DNA of 62,999 bases, the filler included, from Globobulimina sp. (taxonomy: Eukaryota), in NCBI GenBank assembly GCA_003354225.1. It is 40 parts of 40 records of this genome, joined end to end, with 100 filler letters (N's around TTAATTAATTAA, not from the genome) between each part and the next. Parts side by side here need not be neighbours in the genome. Positions count along the whole stretch, not along the records: positions 58,372 to 59,847 come from PIVH01016075.1; positions 59,948 to 61,423 come from PIVH01016076.1; positions 61,524 to 62,999 come from PIVH01016077.1; 37 more parts are not named here. One strand, 5' to 3'. Each line of letters starts with the position of its first letter. Position 1 is the first letter of the stretch. A program made the position numbers and the translations under genes. The notes beneath the pieces are model-generated. The model was not told the origin of the DNA, did not search any database, and was given only the letters and a program-made list of their open reading frames with translations. Below are positions 58,372-62,999 of the stretch, piece by piece.

Positions 58372-59622
58372 CGTCAATTTGTTTTGATCGACGACCATCC
58401 TCAAAAGATCTCCGTGTTTGACTCTCGCGGGAATACTATCTGCAGCTTAGGCCAATATGCGAGGAACCTCATCCGTTTCAGTAAAGATGGCCGCTTTTTG
58501 TGGTGTGGCGGCTTCGGGAACCTGACCGGCGAAATGACGTTTTATGACTATAAGCAAGTCACGAACCGCAGCAATGGCGACAATAAGGGACAATGTTTAG
58601 GGTACAATACGGATGACGCCTGTCGGTATTTTGAGTGGAGCCCGGATAGCAGCACGTTTTTGACAGCGCGATTGTATCCGTACATGACTGTGGATAATGG
58701 GTTTAGGATCTATAAGTATAACGGACATAGACTGTACGAGCAGACTTTTGACCGATTGTATCAGATCGCGTATCGGCCGAGTCTTAAACATGTGTATCCG
58801 CAGAGATCGCCGTCGCCGAACTCACAGAGAAAGGCCAAGTCTGTGCCGAAAGCGTCTGCGAAGAAACGCTATGTTCCGCCACATTTAAGGCCGAAGAAGA
58901 AGAAAAGTGATAAGGCGGCGACACCACAGAAAGATAACAATAATAAGGCACCGAAGCAACCTCAAGCAGCAGTGACACGGCCAGCGGCTGCTCAGCAACC
59001 GGCGGTGCCACACGCGGTGCAAAACAATCAACGGCCAAATTATCAACAAAATCGGCAAAATTATCAAAATCAGCAACAAAATCCGGTCCAACAAAATTAT
59101 CAAGCAAATTATCAGCAAAATCAGCATCAAAATCAGCATTCAAATTATCAACATCAAAATTATCAAAATCAGCAAAATCAGCAATACGGTCAACGACAAA
59201 ATTATTATAATCAACAAAATCAAAACCAAAATCAAAGTCAAACTCAAAATAATATGAGTTATCAACAACCAAAAGCAAAGGCAAAAGCCCCTCAACAACA
59301 ACAAAATGAGCAGATATTGCAAGACGCTCAGAATCAATTCAATCAAATGGAGATAAATAATAACAATGAGAAAAATGATCAAAAAAAAGAGAATGCGGAA
59401 GGTGGTGATGGTGATGGCGGTGGAAATAAGAAGAAAAAGAGAAGGAAACGGAATAAAAATAAGAATAAACAAAATCAAGATAACAGTGCTAATGTCCAAG
59501 GTGCTGCAAGTAACAGTGGAGGAGGAGGAGGAGGCGGAGGAGGCGGAAGGTTTAAACCAGGATTAGCTGATAATGATAATCGACGATGGGCGCGAGGCTC
59601 AAAAATTGACACAAATCAATAA
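58372..59622 (+). CDS. EIF2A: Translation initiation factor eIF2A, C-terminal part with Q/N-rich extension
   Basis: RNLIRFS...GFGNLTGEMTFYD, WSPD...FLTA...VDNGFRIYKYNG, YVPPHLR. Confidence 0.85.
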   Translation, partial: RQFVLIDDHPQKISVFDSRGNTICSLGQYARNLIRFSKDGRFLWCGGFGNLTGEMTFYDYKQVTNRSNGDNKGQCLGYNTDDACRYFEWSPDSSTFLTARLYPYMTVDNGFRIYKYNGHRLYEQTFDRLYQIAYRPSLKHVYPQRSPSPNSQRKAKSVPKASAKKRYVPPHLRPKKKKSDKAATPQKDNNNKAPKQPQAAVTRPAAAQQPAVPHAVQNNQRPNYQQNRQNYQNQQQNPVQQNYQANYQQNQHQNQHSNYQHQNYQNQQNQQYGQRQNYYNQQNQNQNQSQTQNNMSYQQPKAKAKAPQQQQNEQILQDAQNQFNQMEINNNNEKNDQKKENAEGGDGDGGGNKKKKRRKRNKNKNKQNQDNSANVQGAASNSGGGGGGGGGGRFKPGLADNDNRRWARGSKIDTNQ

Positions 59623-60249
59623 ATTAATTTATATAAAGTAATTATTAAAATTTATTTCTATTCTTTCATTCTCAAATTTTTGTTTTATTTATTTGTTTTA
59701 ATTTGTTTTTTTGTGTTCTTGGCCGGACACAACGATGTAGTATTTTAGTTAAATTCACTTTGGACGTCTTAAAAAATAATATCAAATTCAACTGTGTCGG
59801 AGTTATATGTTGTATTTATATTTGGTTTGTGTACGATGATTCTTATANNNNNNNNNNNNNNNNNNNNNNNNNNNNNNNNNNNNNNNNNNNNTTAATTAAT
59901 TAANNNNNNNNNNNNNNNNNNNNNNNNNNNNNNNNNNNNNNNNNNNNTGTATCATTGTATACATGATTGATTCCAATGCTTCATTGTTGTCAGCTGTCGC
60001 GAAAATTGGTAGAATGAGTTCATAGGTGATAGGAGAACTGGATTATAGCGTTGGTTTGAGATCTGTTTATGACATCTCGAAACAATAAAAAAAAAACGAA
60101 GTTCTGAACATTTCCAAAACTTCACAACTGTGTGCTTTCATTGCTCTACAAGCTGCTGTAAATGCACCAGTTTTACCAAGAGGTGGTAACTCTTCTTATG
60201 ATGACATTATTATGTGTTTAAATGAAGCGAAGTAAAAAACCTTTGTTTG

Positions 60250-61308
60250 ATGATGCTCCTTTGGACAGTGCAAGCAATGTCGATGCTTATTAGCGTTGCA
60301 TATGCATATGAACCGATCGTAAACCAATTACAGGAATACGTCTCAAATAATGCAACATTTGCTGCTGAAGTAAACGAGACATTTAAACAAGCCAACCAAA
60401 GCAATGTAACATTCACTGACATGTACATCATGTTCAATGGATGGCTGAATCGAGTTCCAACTGTGGATCAAAATTGTTCTGTGCAGATGTTAGATTTAGC
60501 CCCATTCGATGACACACCATATGGTAATGAAATATTAAGGTATAACAGTACAACAGAATGGTTCTATAATTATTTGAATGATTGGAAGGGTTATTTGGAC
60601 TCGAATAGATCTGTATTTATAATTCCAGAGTGGATGGCATGTGTAAATATGACTGAATATATCGTTCCTTCCAATGGATATTCCAGTTTCAATGCATTTT
60701 TTTATCGCGAAATTAACCGTAAATTCCGTCCTATCGCAAATATTTCTGATAATTCTGTGATAGCTTCTCCAGCAGATGGGTTTATATATTTTATTGAACG
60801 AAATGTGACGTCGAGCACTCGTTTCCAAGTGAAACATGAAAATTTCAATATTACGCAAATGTTAAATGATAGCAAATACACAGAAAGATTTGAAGGTGGC
60901 GATATTATAGAAGTAGTGCTTATGCCTGACAATTATCACAGATATCATTCGCCGGTATCTGGCTATATCACTGCTATCGACCAATTGTCAGGGTGGTATT
61001 TTGTTGATTACAATGGAAGATTTGACCATTGCCAAGAAAACAGCAATCGAAGGGGTGTAGTTTATACAACATTGGACGATAATGCAATGGTTGCAACTGT
61101 TCATGTTGGAATGGGAGAGATAAGTTCAGTTAATTTCAATGTGTCGCCAAATAGTAAAATAAATAAAGGTGATGAGGTTGGCTATTTTGCTTTTGGAGGA
61201 TCTGCAATATTGATGTTGTTTGAGCCAGGATATATTGATCATTTTACAGTTAAAATGGGTCAGAATATTAAAATGGGAGAACAAATTGCAAAAACAAAGT
61301 ATAAATAA
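60250..61308 (+). CDS. Phosphatidylserine decarboxylase family proenzyme with signal peptide
   Basis: YSSFNAFFYR...RPI, IASPADG, YHRYHSPVSG, VGMGEISS, KGDEVGYFAFGGS (self-cleavage/pyruvoyl site). Confidence 0.9.
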   Translation: MMLLWTVQAMSMLISVAYAYEPIVNQLQEYVSNNATFAAEVNETFKQANQSNVTFTDMYIMFNGWLNRVPTVDQNCSVQMLDLAPFDDTPYGNEILRYNSTTEWFYNYLNDWKGYLDSNRSVFIIPEWMACVNMTEYIVPSNGYSSFNAFFYREINRKFRPIANISDNSVIASPADGFIYFIERNVTSSTRFQVKHENFNITQMLNDSKYTERFEGGDIIEVVLMPDNYHRYHSPVSGYITAIDQLSGWYFVDYNGRFDHCQENSNRRGVVYTTLDDNAMVATVHVGMGEISSVNFNVSPNSKINKGDEVGYFAFGGSAILMLFEPGYIDHFTVKMGQNIKMGEQIAKTKYK

Positions 61309-62078
61309 TTGAAGACATTGTTATAATATAAAAAAAATAACGCCAATGATACCACAGTATACCATGTTATCGTGCTTCCTGTATCAAACACAACTTGGTC
61401 TAAAATAATAACACCACCATTTANNNNNNNNNNNNNNNNNNNNNNNNNNNNNNNNNNNNNNNNNNNNTTAATTAATTAANNNNNNNNNNNNNNNNNNNNN
61501 NNNNNNNNNNNNNNNNNNNNNNNATGAAATAAAATATTACAAATAAAGCAACCTAAGTTAGAACTTGTTTATCTTTGGTTTGGCCCGATGGAAACGGATA
61601 TTTTATCTATTAATCTATGCTTCTATATCGGTTGAATGGTTTTATATATTTTAGGGACAGCAAACTGCTCTTACTTATGAATTAAAGATATGTTTTAAGT
61701 TATTTGTCACATTAATTTGTAACTTGTTTACTTGATCAAAAGCGGCTATATCATTTAATATTGAATACATACACTATGCATTTTCAGACATTTTTCTCTA
61801 GAGAATATCTTTGAGTTCAGTCTCGCAATGTCTGCAGCAATAAATAAAAAAAAGGCGAAAGATATTATCGACGCAAAGGTGGAACGAATTAGTTTTACCA
61901 AATCGCAGTTAGCAAAGTATTCTGGTATGAAATGGAAAGAATATAGGAAAAAAAAAATATATACATTTGAAATGAGTGAAAGAAATCCGTACTGGAATGG
62001 TATTTTTGTTTGTTTTTAGTATAAAATGCAATATACCACACTCAAAAACAAAAACAAGATAGTTGCAATAATCCTGAT

Positions 62079-62999
62079 GTGAAATATCCTGTGCAGTATA
62101 GCCCATTCAGTGGATATTTATTGAATCAGCAAAGCGTTGCAAAGGCCGCAAAATTAAGCGACCAAATGAAGAAATCTGACGTATATTATCATGTTTTTTA
62201 TCCTTTAGAAGCTAATCATTCACTATTTTCACAATCTGCTAAATGTTCACAAATGTATGAAGATTTGAAGAGATTTCCGCATGTTAATCAAATGGGTGCA
62301 AAAACCAGAGATCATGGCCGACATTTTAATAATCAATTAATGCAATTATGTTCAGATATCATTCAACCGAAATTCACTCCACGAGGAGTAATCGTTGTGT
62401 CAGTCCATTTACGATGGGATGATCTCGTCAGTGGTGATGGCGGGATAGTCGCACATAAAGATTTACCGTTGGAAGGGGCAACTATTATGACCGCTTGCAT
62501 TAAGAAACAAAGCTATGTGCAATATTCGGTCTCTCACGGCGCTTTTAAAGGTGGTTGGATTAAATGTGAGCAAGGTACATCATATAGTGTGTCTGGGATT
62601 ATCCCCTGGATGGCCCGCGGCCATAAATATAAAGCAGAGATTAAAGAAAAAGAAAATGAAGGAAAAGAGAGTGAAATATTGAAGTTCATGATTGGTGGCA
62701 TTATGCAAGCTGATAAGGGATTTTTTACACCTTCTAATCTGTGGAAATATGGAATAAATGAAGATGGAACATTGGATGATATTAATAATCCATACAAAGG
62801 GCATACATTGGAAGATAAAGATATTACACACGAAGAGTATAAAAAAGGAATTAATAGAACTAATGCATTTATGCAACATAGGAAAAAAGCTGCAAGACAG
62901 AAACAACGGGTAAAAAATTTAAAACAGAATCTTAAAAGAAACGCGACCAAAGCCCAAACTGCTAAACAACCGGCGACAAAAAAGAGAAAACAATAATCA
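62079..62999 (+). CDS. Hypothetical protein with basic C-terminal region (partial)
   Basis: 305 open codons to the window end; no motif recognised. Confidence 0.5.

Noticed and set aside
1480-61523. Regularly spaced identical TTAATTAATTAA motif with unique intervening sequence (CRISPR-like or repeat-array appearance)
   Set aside because: Embedded in N-runs at fixed length; it is an artificial six-frame-stop linker.
1-62999. Apparent gene neighbourhoods across contigs (e.g. POP1 next to an RNA-repair-type HAD; several phosphatases close together)
   Set aside because: Contigs are ordered by length, not genomic position, so adjacency carries no information.

Overview
This window is not a contiguous locus. 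It is 40 unrelated, size-sorted contigs of about 1,476-1,479 bp, joined by 39 artificial 100-nt linkers (N-run + TTAATTAATTAA, a stop in all six frames, + N-run). Synteny across linkers is meaningless and ORFs containing X-runs are artefacts. Most contigs come from an AT-rich, standard-code eukaryote with very short (about 52-73 nt) GT-AG introns. The gene content and style suggest a rhizarian such as a foraminifer, but this is inference. Recognisable eukaryotic products are POP1, tandem cathepsin Z, EI24, dual-specificity phosphatases, B9D1, Era, OSCA/TMEM63, ICT1, ARF-like GTPase, SLC5, U-box, TauE, Kunitz, eIF2A and phosphatidylserine decarboxylase. Mixed in are a bacterial glmM-yccA-xseA contig, a bacterial lpxA fragment fused to a eukaryotic kinase, a phage-like contig, animal-like repeat contigs and a LINE fragment. 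Four observations stand out. (1) A mitochondrial-looking fusion of a lipoyl domain lacking the lipoylated Lys with a class II aldolase/adducin domain lacking most Zn-binding His. (2) A minimal Penelope-type hammerhead ribozyme with a U3-A8 core variant downstream of an unexplained ORF. (3) An intronless, signal-peptide-bearing, sequon-rich PS decarboxylase. (4) A tandemly duplicated surface-protein module whose changes cluster in short amino-acid blocks. No database searches were possible; all calls rest on motif recognition.
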